From positions 1 through 11,214 of the forward strand of contig CAXTTL010000160.1 of NCBI GenBank assembly GCA_964247135.1: DNA of 11,214 nt, read 5' to 3'. Origin of the DNA: an uncultured Deinococcales bacterium (GTDB lineage Bacteria; Deinococcota; Deinococci; Deinococcales; JAAFIG01). Below, one piece after another: positions 1 to 7,647 of the stretch. The position numbers and the translations under genes were made by a program. How positions within the stretch are numbered: the stretch's first letter is position 1; every line of letters starts with the position of its first letter. Under the pieces are notes generated by a model. That model was not told where the DNA came from. It saw nothing but the letters and a program-made list of their open reading frames with translations, and made no database searches.

Positions 1-285
1 CAGGGATATAAGTGGATTGGCGATCAGAAAATAGCAAATGAGACGATTCAAAAGATTGACTGGTCGGCAATTCAAACTAAATATAACCTGTGTCGACATG
101 TAATACTAGATGAGTTCGATGAAGCTATACATTGTATGAAAAAAATCGGAATAGATGATGAAATGAAACCTGAAAATTATAAAGAGTGGCCAATATTTAA
201 AGAATTTAGGCTTTCTGAAGTTTTTTTGACAACATATAAAGAAATATTCAAAGAAGATTTTTCAACTCTTTTGAGCGAAACTTAG
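1..285 (+). CDS. 3' end of an AT-rich hypothetical protein (5' partial)
   Basis: Frame 1 is open from base 1 to TAG at 283-285: QGYKWIGDQKIANETIQKIDWSAIQTKYNLCRHVILDEFDEAIHCMKKIGIDDEMKPENYKEWPIFKEFRLSEVFLTTYKEIFKEDFSTLLSET*. It is absent from the ORF track because its start lies outside the window. Composition is protein-like and helical, and the DNA is much more AT-rich than the rest of the window. Confidence 0.8.
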   Translation, partial: QGYKWIGDQKIANETIQKIDWSAIQTKYNLCRHVILDEFDEAIHCMKKIGIDDEMKPENYKEWPIFKEFRLSEVFLTTYKEIFKEDFSTLLSET

Positions 286-357
286 AATTAAATCACAAAT
301 TTTGAACATTGATTCAATAAATATATGGTTTTAGCTATAAATAATAGTGTAATTTAA

Positions 358-1344
358 CTACCACCATTTGCGCCATTTAAAATACGCGGCGAAAGCCAGC
401 GCGGCTACAATAAAACTGCCCCAAGCGAACGCATAACCGTACTTCCAATGCAGTTCGGGCATGAACACGTAATTCATGCCCCAAACGCCAGCCAAAAACG
501 TTAAGGGCAAAAAAATCGTGCTGACCGTGGTCAAGGTTTTCATGACTTCATTCATGCGGTTGCTTTGAACGGTCAAATGCACGTCCAGCAAACTCGAGAG
601 CACATCTCTGGCACTGTCGATGCCATCATAAATTCGGGTCAAGTGGTCGCTGACATCGCGCAGGTATATTGCACCTTCGGGCGAAAGGGCGCTGGCGTGC
701 CGCGAGAATTGAGCCACATTCTCGCGGGCGCTCGAGGCAAGTCTGCGTGCCGCAATGATGGTGTGTTTGAGTTCAAAGACCTTTGCCGCAAATTCTTGGC
801 TCGGCATGATTCGCGTCGGATGAAACACTTGTTCCTCGAGTTCGTCGGTACGCAGCTCGAGTTCGTCGAGAAAAATAAAAAACGTGTCTGTGCCCTCATC
901 TAAAATCGTGTAAAGCACATCGGTGGCGCTTAAACCTTTGCGATTCTCGAGTTCTTTCCAAGTGCCTTCAATGTACGTGATTGGTTCTTGGCGAATGGTG
1001 ACCACACTCTCGAGGTCTGGATACCAAAAGATGGCAACTTTCTCGGTTCTGTCCGTGACATCTTCGGGTTCGGCAAGCGTGCGCAAGACCAAAAACAAAT
1101 GCTCGGGGTAAGATTCAAATCGCGCCCACTGCTCGGGGTCGAGTGCATCCTCGAGCGCAAGACGGTTGAATCTAAAATGTTTACCCAACCGCAGCAAGTC
1201 CACCTCGTGCGGGTTTTCGACATCGACCCAAACCCGATGCTGTTTTTGCTCGAGCGACAAATCTTGGTTGGTGTCCAAGCATTTCACCCGAATTCCAGGT
1301 TTGGCGGCGATCATCGGGTGTTTGGATTCGGGGACAGGCAGCAC
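358..1344 (-). CDS. corA: CorA-family Mg2+/Co2+ transporter
   Basis: 328 aa with the GMN signature (GVWGMN), MPEL motif, two C-terminal TM helices and a KWRKWW end. The GTG start is supported by a TAAACT box 6 nt upstream. Confidence 0.95.
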   Translation of the reverse strand: MLPVPESKHPMIAAKPGIRVKCLDTNQDLSLEQKQHRVWVDVENPHEVDLLRLGKHFRFNRLALEDALDPEQWARFESYPEHLFLVLRTLAEPEDVTDRTEKVAIFWYPDLESVVTIRQEPITYIEGTWKELENRKGLSATDVLYTILDEGTDTFFIFLDELELRTDELEEQVFHPTRIMPSQEFAAKVFELKHTIIAARRLASSARENVAQFSRHASALSPEGAIYLRDVSDHLTRIYDGIDSARDVLSSLLDVHLTVQSNRMNEVMKTLTTVSTIFLPLTFLAGVWGMNYVFMPELHWKYGYAFAWGSFIVAALAFAAYFKWRKWW

Positions 1345-1350
1345 CAGGTT

Positions 1351-1367
1351 AGTTTAACCGTTAAGCT
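1351..1367. promoter_or_regulatory. Back-to-back -10 boxes of divergent, probably leaderless promoters
   Basis: Minus-strand TAAACT (1356-1351) lies 6 nt before the corA GTG. Plus-strand TAAGCT (1362-1367) lies 6 nt before the ATG at 1374. No Shine-Dalgarno is seen on either side. Confidence 0.75.
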
Positions 1368-1373
1368 GAAAGC

Positions 1374-2183
1374 ATGACAGAATTTCAAACCAAACTCGAG
1401 CCGATTTTAAAAGCTTTTTCTGGTGAAATTGGTTTTTATGCCAAACGCCTCGATGATGCTTTCACGCTCGAGCACAACAAAAACGAGGTCTTCGCCGCCG
1501 CCAGCGTCGTCAAAGTCCCGATTTTACTCGAGGCGTTACGCCAAGTTCAGCATGGAATTTTGAATCTTCAGACCAGAATTCCAATGCCAGCACTCGAGCA
1601 AGTTGGCGGCTCTGGGGTTTTAATGGCATTTCAACCTGGACTCGAGCCGACGTTGCAAGATTATTTGACCATGATGATTGTGGTATCGGACAACACCGCG
1701 ACCAACATCAGTTTGGATGCCGTCGGCGGTCACGATACAGTCAACTCGAGTTTGGCAAACTGGGGTTGCTTGAAAACAACTGTGGTTGGGAAATTGATGT
1801 TGACCGACGACCGTAAAAACGCCGATCAACTCGCGGGCAAACGCGCCGAAGTCACCCCGTTTGAAAGCGTGATGCTGCTCGAGAAACTGTATCGCGGCGA
1901 AATTCTCGATCCCGAACTGACCAAACTCGCCCTCGAGATTCTCGAGAAACAGCAGTACACCGAAATTCTGGCGCGGTACTTGCCTGACGGTACGCGAACC
2001 GCCACCAAAAGCGGTCAGATTATTGGCGTGCGAAATGATGTTGGTCTTGTGCTGACCGAACGCCCGTATGTTCTCGCGCTTTGCTCCAAAAATTGCAGCG
2101 ACGAGCGCTATCATGTGGACAACGAAGCTGTTTTAGCGTTGGGGAAAATCTCGAGATTGGTGTTTGATGTGATGGTGTCATGA
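1374..2183 (+). CDS. Serine hydrolase, class A beta-lactamase-like fold (Beta-lactamase2/PBP-A type)
   Basis: SxxK (ASVVK), SDN and KSG motifs in the expected order. No signal peptide and no recognisable ExxLN omega-loop. Confidence 0.88.
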   Translation: MTEFQTKLEPILKAFSGEIGFYAKRLDDAFTLEHNKNEVFAAASVVKVPILLEALRQVQHGILNLQTRIPMPALEQVGGSGVLMAFQPGLEPTLQDYLTMMIVVSDNTATNISLDAVGGHDTVNSSLANWGCLKTTVVGKLMLTDDRKNADQLAGKRAEVTPFESVMLLEKLYRGEILDPELTKLALEILEKQQYTEILARYLPDGTRTATKSGQIIGVRNDVGLVLTERPYVLALCSKNCSDERYHVDNEAVLALGKISRLVFDVMVS

Positions 2184-2225
2184 TCTCGAGATTTGCCTTG
2201 ATTGATTTGATGTTTTCGTTGTGTG

Positions 2226-2253
2226 GTAGGGCGAACACAAGGTTCGCCCCTAC
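2226..2253. repeat. GTAG-type REP-like palindrome
   Basis: GTAGGGCGAAC-acaag-GTTCGCCCCTAC: inverted repeat with a single bulge and GTAG/CTAC ends, intergenic. Confidence 0.7.
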
Positions 2254-2277
2254 GGGTTTGGTATGTTTGAGTTGACC

Positions 2278-2286
2278 TGATAATCT
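2278..2286 (+). promoter_or_regulatory. Extended -10 box of polX (probably leaderless)
   Basis: TGa-TAATCT ends 5 nt before the ATG at 2292. No Shine-Dalgarno. Confidence 0.6.
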
Positions 2287-2291
2287 GAATC

Positions 2292-3980
2292 ATGGACAAG
2301 AAACAAGCACTCAATGCCATCAGCCTCACCGCAGACATTCTCGAGCTTCTGGGACAAGACGAATTCAAGGTTCTGGCGTACCGCAAAGCCGAACGGATGC
2401 TCGAGCGTTTTGACGGCGACTGGGATGAGGCGCTGGCAACGAATTTCAAAAAAGTTTCGGGCATCGGGGCGCAACTCGGCTCGAGTTTGATGGAGTTCGC
2501 GGATTCGGGTGTGTTCGCACCGCTGACCGATGTGGCATCCTTGGTGCCGCCTGGGGTGCTCGAGTTGTTTCGGGTACGCGGCTTGGGACCCAAAAAAGTT
2601 CGGGTCTTGTGGGATGCTGGCGTGGATGGCATTTCGGGTTTGCTCGAGGTTGGGCGTTCGGGCAAACTGGCAACTTTAAAAGGATTTGGTGCGGCGAGCA
2701 GCGCCAAAATAATTGATGATGCAGAATTTACCTTAAAGTCCAGTGAGCGCAGGTTGATCGCTGAGGCTCGAGCGGTCTTTGGGATGCTGTCAGACCAGTT
2801 GCAGGGTGTCGTCACGCGTCTCGAGCCTGCTGGCAGCTTGACGCGCGGTTTGGAGACGTGTGGCGACGTGGATGCGGTGGCGATTGGAGATCGTGACGCG
2901 GCACTGAAGGCACTCGAGGGTTTTGGGGCGAAAGATGACCCAGAATATCCGTGGCTGATTGCGGCAAACATCGAGGGCGTCAACGTTCAATTGCAAGTCT
3001 CGAGCGTTGAAACTTGGGGCGCGGCGAAACTGATGTTGACGGGTTCAAAACCGTTTCTAGAGATTGTGAAGGCTCGAGCTTTAGAAAAAGGTATTGATTT
3101 CTCAGCTCGCGGATTGTTCAACAATGGCGTTTTGATTCCAACCCTGACCGAAAACGATGCCTTTCAAGAGCTTGACCTCGAGTACGTGATTCCCGAATGG
3201 CGCGAGGCGGAACACTTGGGTCGAACTGACCTGCCGAATCCCGAAAAATTGATTCAGCTTTCGCAAATGCGCGGCATGTTGCATGTACACAGCACCTGGT
3301 CGGACGGCGCGGCAAGTCTGCGCGACATGGCACTTGGCGCGAAGGCTCGAGGGGCGAAATACCTGGGCATTTGCGACCACAGCAAAAGCGCGTTTTACGC
3401 CAACGGATTAGACGAAACTCGGGTTCAAGCACAGTGGCGCGAGATTGAGGCGTTGAATGCGGAACTCGAGGATTTTAAAATTTTGAAAGGTATCGAATCG
3501 GATATTTTGTCAAATGGCGACCTCGATTATGCCGATGAAATTCTGGCTGGGTTCGATTTTGTGGTTGCCAGCATTCACTCGAGCTTTGGTCTGCCCGAAG
3601 TCCAACAAACAGAACGTCTGGTTCGGGCGGTGTCCAATCCGTTCACGACCATTCTGGGGCATCCGACAGGACGGCTTTTGCTGCGCCGCCCACCCTACAA
3701 ATTCGATCACGCCGCCGTGCTCGAGGCGGCAAAGGTTCACAACACCGTCATCGAAATCAACGCCAGCCCCTACCGTCTCGACCTTGACTGGCGCGAGGTT
3801 TTGGAAGCTCGAGCCTCAGGTTTGAAATTTGCCATCAACACCGACGCCCACAGGGTTCAGGGTTTTGACGACCTTTGGTACGGCGTTCAAGCCGCCCGCA
3901 AAGCCGCCCTCGAGACGAATATGGTCGTCAACACGCTCGAGCTGGAGGATTTTTTGAATTTGGCTCGAGCCAAGCGGTAG
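2292..3980 (+). CDS. polX: DNA polymerase X family protein with C-terminal PHP nuclease domain
   Basis: HhH motifs (VSGIG, VRGLGPKK, LKGFG), palm GSLTRGLETCGDVD, TGSK. PHP motifs HVHS, CDHS, GIESD, SIHS, GHPTGR and NTDAH. Confidence 0.93.
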   Translation: MDKKQALNAISLTADILELLGQDEFKVLAYRKAERMLERFDGDWDEALATNFKKVSGIGAQLGSSLMEFADSGVFAPLTDVASLVPPGVLELFRVRGLGPKKVRVLWDAGVDGISGLLEVGRSGKLATLKGFGAASSAKIIDDAEFTLKSSERRLIAEARAVFGMLSDQLQGVVTRLEPAGSLTRGLETCGDVDAVAIGDRDAALKALEGFGAKDDPEYPWLIAANIEGVNVQLQVSSVETWGAAKLMLTGSKPFLEIVKARALEKGIDFSARGLFNNGVLIPTLTENDAFQELDLEYVIPEWREAEHLGRTDLPNPEKLIQLSQMRGMLHVHSTWSDGAASLRDMALGAKARGAKYLGICDHSKSAFYANGLDETRVQAQWREIEALNAELEDFKILKGIESDILSNGDLDYADEILAGFDFVVASIHSSFGLPEVQQTERLVRAVSNPFTTILGHPTGRLLLRRPPYKFDHAAVLEAAKVHNTVIEINASPYRLDLDWREVLEARASGLKFAINTDAHRVQGFDDLWYGVQAARKAALETNMVVNTLELEDFLNLARAKR

Positions 3981-3997
3981 GGTGCGCCGTGCGCACC
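3977..3997 (+). repeat. GTAG-type REP-like hairpin overlapping the polX stop codon; possible terminator between convergent genes
   Basis: GTAG followed by GGTGCGC-cgt-GCGCACC, a perfect 7-bp stem. CTACC at 4004-4008 complements GGTAG at 3976-3980. Confidence 0.65.
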
Positions 3998-4011
3998 GAT
4001 GTTCTACCGTT

Positions 4012-4659
4012 TTAAACCCCAATTTGTGGGCACAACTCGAGCAATTGACAGCCAGAGCAATTTGGCACTCTGGCAAAGCACACGCGTCTGCCGTGCAAAA
4101 TCAGCGAGTGATGCACAAAAATCCAGTGTTCAATCGGGAAAATCGCTTCCAAATCAACCTCGACCAAATCGGGGTTGGTGTTGCTCGAGAAGTTCAAGCG
4201 TCGCCCGAGCCTGCCAACGTGGGTGTCCACGGCAATGCCTGGTCGTCCGTAAATGTTTGACAGCACCACATTGGCGGTTTTTCTGCCGACCCCTGGCAGG
4301 GTTTGAATGGCATCAAAATCGTTCGGCACTTGACCCTCGAAACGTTCGACCAAGGCTCGAGCGGTGGCGGCGATGTTCTTGGCTTTGTTGTGATGAAAAT
4401 TCACTTTGCTGATGTAAGGCTCGAGTTCATCTGCCGTGGCGAGCGCCATTTTTTCGGCGGTCGGATAGGTTTCAAACAGTTTTTTGGTCGCCAAGTTGAC
4501 GCTGACGTCGGTGGCTTGGGCGCTTAAAATCGTGGCAATCAACAGCTCGAAAGGGGTTGTGTAAACCAGTTCGGTCGTGGCGTTCGGATACGTCTCGAGC
4601 AGTGTGGAAAGCACTTGTGAAGCTCGAGCGAGTTTGTTTTTTTTGGTTTCTTTTGGCAC
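4012..4659 (-). CDS. nth: Endonuclease III (HhH-GPD DNA glycosylase/AP lyase)
   Basis: LSAQATD, HhH LPGVGRKTAN with the catalytic Lys, VDTHV with the catalytic Asp, and the 4Fe-4S motif C-x6-C-x2-C-x5-C. The GTG start is preceded by TACACT-N6. Confidence 0.96.
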   Translation of the reverse strand: MPKETKKNKLARASQVLSTLLETYPNATTELVYTTPFELLIATILSAQATDVSVNLATKKLFETYPTAEKMALATADELEPYISKVNFHHNKAKNIAATARALVERFEGQVPNDFDAIQTLPGVGRKTANVVLSNIYGRPGIAVDTHVGRLGRRLNFSSNTNPDLVEVDLEAIFPIEHWIFVHHSLILHGRRVCFARVPNCSGCQLLELCPQIGV

Positions 4660-4665
4660 GTTTTA

Positions 4666-4671
4666 AGTGTA
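4666..4671 (-). promoter_or_regulatory. -10 box of nth (probably leaderless)
   Basis: TACACT-taaaac-GTG on the minus strand. Confidence 0.7.
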
Positions 4672-4681
4672 CCTGAAATGG

Positions 4682-6463
4682 TTAGAACATCTCGAGTTCT
4701 TCGCGGGTTTTTCTGGTTTTGTCCTCAATTTCGGGTTCGACCAGTTTGAAACTTTCCACGTCGAACAAGCCACGGTCGGTCAGTTTCAGGCTTGGAATCA
4801 CGGTCAAACCCAAAAACGCCAGGGTCATGATCGGGTGCGGCAGGGTGCAGCCCAACACCCGAGCGATGGTTTCAAATTCGGTCTGGGCTTTGAGGAGTTC
4901 TGTCGGGTGGGCGTCGCTGATCAAACCAGCAATCGGCAGGGCGATGCTGGCGGCAATTTCGCCGTCTTCGACGATCACCGCGCCGCCACCCATGCGCTCG
5001 AGTTCGCGCACGGCAATCACCATGTCGCTGTCGTCAACTCCTGCCACGATGATGTTGTGCGCGTCGTGAAGCACGGTTTGCGCCATTGCGCCGCGCCGCA
5101 AGCCGATGCCTTTGGCAAAGCCGACGCCGGTGCGTCCAGTCCCGTGGTGGCGTTCAATCACCGCGAGCTTGACCAGATCGCGGTCTGGGTCGGCGGCGTG
5201 CAGGTTTTCGGGTTCGAGTTTTCCAGTGTAAATCTGGTCCTTGTGCACGACCATGACGGGCAGTATGTGTTGGTCGTCGGGCGCGAGCCTCGAGATGTCC
5301 CAGTGCTCTGGGAGCTTGATGCTGTTTTCAAATTGCGTTGTATCTGCTGTGGCTTCGTCCTCCTCGATCAGTTTTCCGTCTCGAGCGACTATTTCACCGG
5401 CAATCATGGTCCATTCGGTTTTGAAATCGCTCAAATCGTCGAACAACACCAAATCGGCGGCATAACCTGGGGCAATCGCGCCTCGGTACTCGAGGTGCCA
5501 GTATTCGGCGGGCGCAAGTGAGCACAACCTGATGGCGTAAACCGGATCGATCCCGTTTTTGACCGCCTCGCGCAGCAACCTGTCCATGTGACCGAGTTCG
5601 ATCAATTCCCTGGCATCGACATCGTCGGACACCAGCATGGCGCGGTGGGGTTGGGTGCGGGTCAGCAGCGGTGCGATGGCAGCCAGATTTCGTGCCGCGC
5701 TGCCCTCACGAACCATCAACCACAAACCGGCGCGTAAACGCTCAAAAGCCTCGAGTTCGGTGGTGGCTTCATGATCGCTGTGAATCCCAGAGGCAACATA
5801 TGCCGTCAATTCACGCCCCGACAAACCTGCGGCATGACCGTCGCGGCGACGACCTTTTGCCGCCTCGAGAATGTTCCAGACGGTGCTGTCTTCGTTCAGG
5901 ACGCCAGGGTAATTCATCATTTCAGCCAAACCCAGCACACCGTCCATCTTCAGCGCCAATTTGACCTCGCCAGCCAGGACGCTCGAGCCAGCATTTTCAA
6001 ATGCACTGGCGGGCACACAACTCGGCACGCTCGCCCAAACGTGAAGCGGCGTCTCCTTGCCGGCGTCGAGCATGTAGGTCAAACCTTTGATGCCCATGAC
6101 GTTGACCAACTCGTGCGGTTCGGCGACCACGCCGACCGTGCCGCGCGGCAGGCAGGTTTGGGCAAAACGGCGCGGGGTCATCATGGCGCTCTCGAGGTGA
6201 ATGTGCGCGTCGATCAAGCCGGGCGACAAAAATTTGCCTTTGGCGTCAATGATGGTCGCGGCGTCCAAGTATTCACCGATGGCGGCAATAAAACCGCCGC
6301 AAATGGCAACGTTGGCGCGGTAAATGGTTTTGGTCATGACATCGACCACACGGGCATTTTTCACCACCACATCGGCGGCGTCTTTTCCTCGAGCCACCCG
6401 AACCAACCGTTGGCGTTCAATCAGTGGAGCTTCCATGTCGGCGGTGTAACGCTTGGGCTGCAT
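4682..6463 (-). CDS. ade: Adenine deaminase (amidohydrolase superfamily)
   Basis: 593 aa with PGLIDAHIHLES, EPHE, PSCVPA, LAEMMNYPG, DGHA, SDHE, REGSAARNL, SDD, HDAHN and IPSLKLTDRGL motifs. Confidence 0.95.
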   Translation of the reverse strand: MQPKRYTADMEAPLIERQRLVRVARGKDAADVVVKNARVVDVMTKTIYRANVAICGGFIAAIGEYLDAATIIDAKGKFLSPGLIDAHIHLESAMMTPRRFAQTCLPRGTVGVVAEPHELVNVMGIKGLTYMLDAGKETPLHVWASVPSCVPASAFENAGSSVLAGEVKLALKMDGVLGLAEMMNYPGVLNEDSTVWNILEAAKGRRRDGHAAGLSGRELTAYVASGIHSDHEATTELEAFERLRAGLWLMVREGSAARNLAAIAPLLTRTQPHRAMLVSDDVDARELIELGHMDRLLREAVKNGIDPVYAIRLCSLAPAEYWHLEYRGAIAPGYAADLVLFDDLSDFKTEWTMIAGEIVARDGKLIEEDEATADTTQFENSIKLPEHWDISRLAPDDQHILPVMVVHKDQIYTGKLEPENLHAADPDRDLVKLAVIERHHGTGRTGVGFAKGIGLRRGAMAQTVLHDAHNIIVAGVDDSDMVIAVRELERMGGGAVIVEDGEIAASIALPIAGLISDAHPTELLKAQTEFETIARVLGCTLPHPIMTLAFLGLTVIPSLKLTDRGLFDVESFKLVEPEIEDKTRKTREELEMF

Positions 6464-6469
6464 AAGGAG

Positions 6470-6475
6470 AGTTTA
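6470..6475 (-). promoter_or_regulatory. -10 box of ade (probably leaderless)
   Basis: TAAACT-ctcctt-ATG on the minus strand. Confidence 0.7.
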
Positions 6476-6516
6476 AGCCAACAAACCTCCGAGATGCGGT
6501 TAAAACCGCGCAGTAT

Positions 6517-7647
6517 TCAGGCAATCGTGACGTTGACATCGGTGGTCAGCAAATCGGCGGTGTCGTGCGGGGCGCTGCGGCTGAGTTCAATTCGGTTGCG
6601 CCCAAAGGTTTTGGCTTGATACAGCGCCTCATCGGCGCGTTTGACCAAGCTCGAGACGCGCTCGTCTTGTTTGAGGTACGCCACACCGAAGCTGGCGGTC
6701 ACGCGGCTGACGACCTTAAAAGGATGAACCTGCATTCGTTTGCGAATGTGATCGGCAAATTCGGCGGCTTCCTCGAGCGAACTGCCAGGCACGACAATCA
6801 AAAATTCTTCGCCGCCCCAACGCCCAATCGTGGCTCGAGGTTCGATGGCGAGGATCAGACCCTTCACCAATCTTACGGTTTCGCGCAGCACATGATCGCC
6901 GACGTCATGACCGTACTTGTCGTTGATGTTTTTAAAGTGATCCAAGTCAAACAACACCACCGCCATTTTTAGCGGTTGCACGCTGTTGGAACGCAGCACG
7001 TGCAGAATTTGACGGCGGTTGGCGGCGCCAGTCAGCGGGTCGATGGCGGACCGCAAACGCTCGAGCGCCAGCAGTTCTTTGCTCGAGGCGAGCACTTGGG
7101 TCAGGGCAAAACTGGTTGAGGCGAAGGCAAGATAACGGGCGAACAGCAAAAAGTTTTGGGTGTTGCCGTTAATCGCTTCGGGAACGAATTTGAAAAGACC
7201 CAATAAACTCAGCGTTCCATACAAGCCCAAACCGATTTGAAAGGCTTGTTTGTTATCAAATGACAGGTGAATCATTTGAATCACAATGAGCGCTTGCCAA
7301 AACCAGCCGATGCTTAACTCTTGTTGGATTTTGAATCCGCTCGGTAAAAAAAACAGGGTGTAAATAAATTCTGACACCACTGAAAGCATCACCACGGCAG
7401 TGGTCGACTTTTCGATCAGTTTGAGGGGAAGTACTTTAACAAGCGTCAGTGCAAACAAAACGATGGTGGAAATCAGTAAAAGCGGATATGTGGCTCGAAT
7501 ATAGGGATTTAAATCTTTTTGCGTCAGCGAAATCAAGGCGATAGCCAAGATCGCCGTTAAAAATGCCAGCAGGTAAAAACGATAGCGCAATCCAACTGAG
7601 GTTTCACCGGCAGTATCTTCAAGGGCTTTATCGCTCAGACGCCGCAT
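6517..7647 (-). CDS. Membrane-anchored diguanylate cyclase (GGDEF domain)
   Basis: About six hydrophobic N-terminal segments, then DPLTGAANRR, DLDHFKNINDKYGHDVGD, RWGGEEF, TASFGVA and ADEALYQAK..GRN. TATACT lies 8 nt upstream of the ATG. Confidence 0.93.
   Translation of the reverse strand: MRRLSDKALEDTAGETSVGLRYRFYLLAFLTAILAIALISLTQKDLNPYIRATYPLLLISTIVLFALTLVKVLPLKLIEKSTTAVVMLSVVSEFIYTLFFLPSGFKIQQELSIGWFWQALIVIQMIHLSFDNKQAFQIGLGLYGTLSLLGLFKFVPEAINGNTQNFLLFARYLAFASTSFALTQVLASSKELLALERLRSAIDPLTGAANRRQILHVLRSNSVQPLKMAVVLFDLDHFKNINDKYGHDVGDHVLRETVRLVKGLILAIEPRATIGRWGGEEFLIVVPGSSLEEAAEFADHIRKRMQVHPFKVVSRVTASFGVAYLKQDERVSSLVKRADEALYQAKTFGRNRIELSRSAPHDTADLLTTDVNVTIA

Noticed and set aside
288-358. 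Inverted repeat TTAAATCACA / TGTAATTTAA as an attC site or element end
   Set aside because: A 9 of 10 match is plausible by chance in very AT-rich DNA, and there is no correctly paired RYYYAAC...GTTRRRY or internal stem.
2111-2983. 290-aa minus-strand ORF and the other short overlapping ORFs in the track
   Set aside because: They lie antisense or out of frame to confident genes, have Ser/Pro/Arg-rich non-protein-like composition, and lack start signals.
6464-6469. AAGGAG next to the ade start as a Shine-Dalgarno
   Set aside because: It is on the plus strand while ade is on the minus strand, and no credible plus-strand ORF follows it.
6496-6509. GCGGTT-aa-AACCGC hairpin between the GGDEF gene and ade as a terminator
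   Set aside because: The stem is only 6 bp with no adjacent U-tract on the coding strand, which is too weak to call.
4667-6619. Long plus-strand ORFs 4667-5521 (284 aa) and 5771-6619 (282 aa)
   Set aside because: They are antisense shadows of the well-supported ade gene, with no recognisable motifs.
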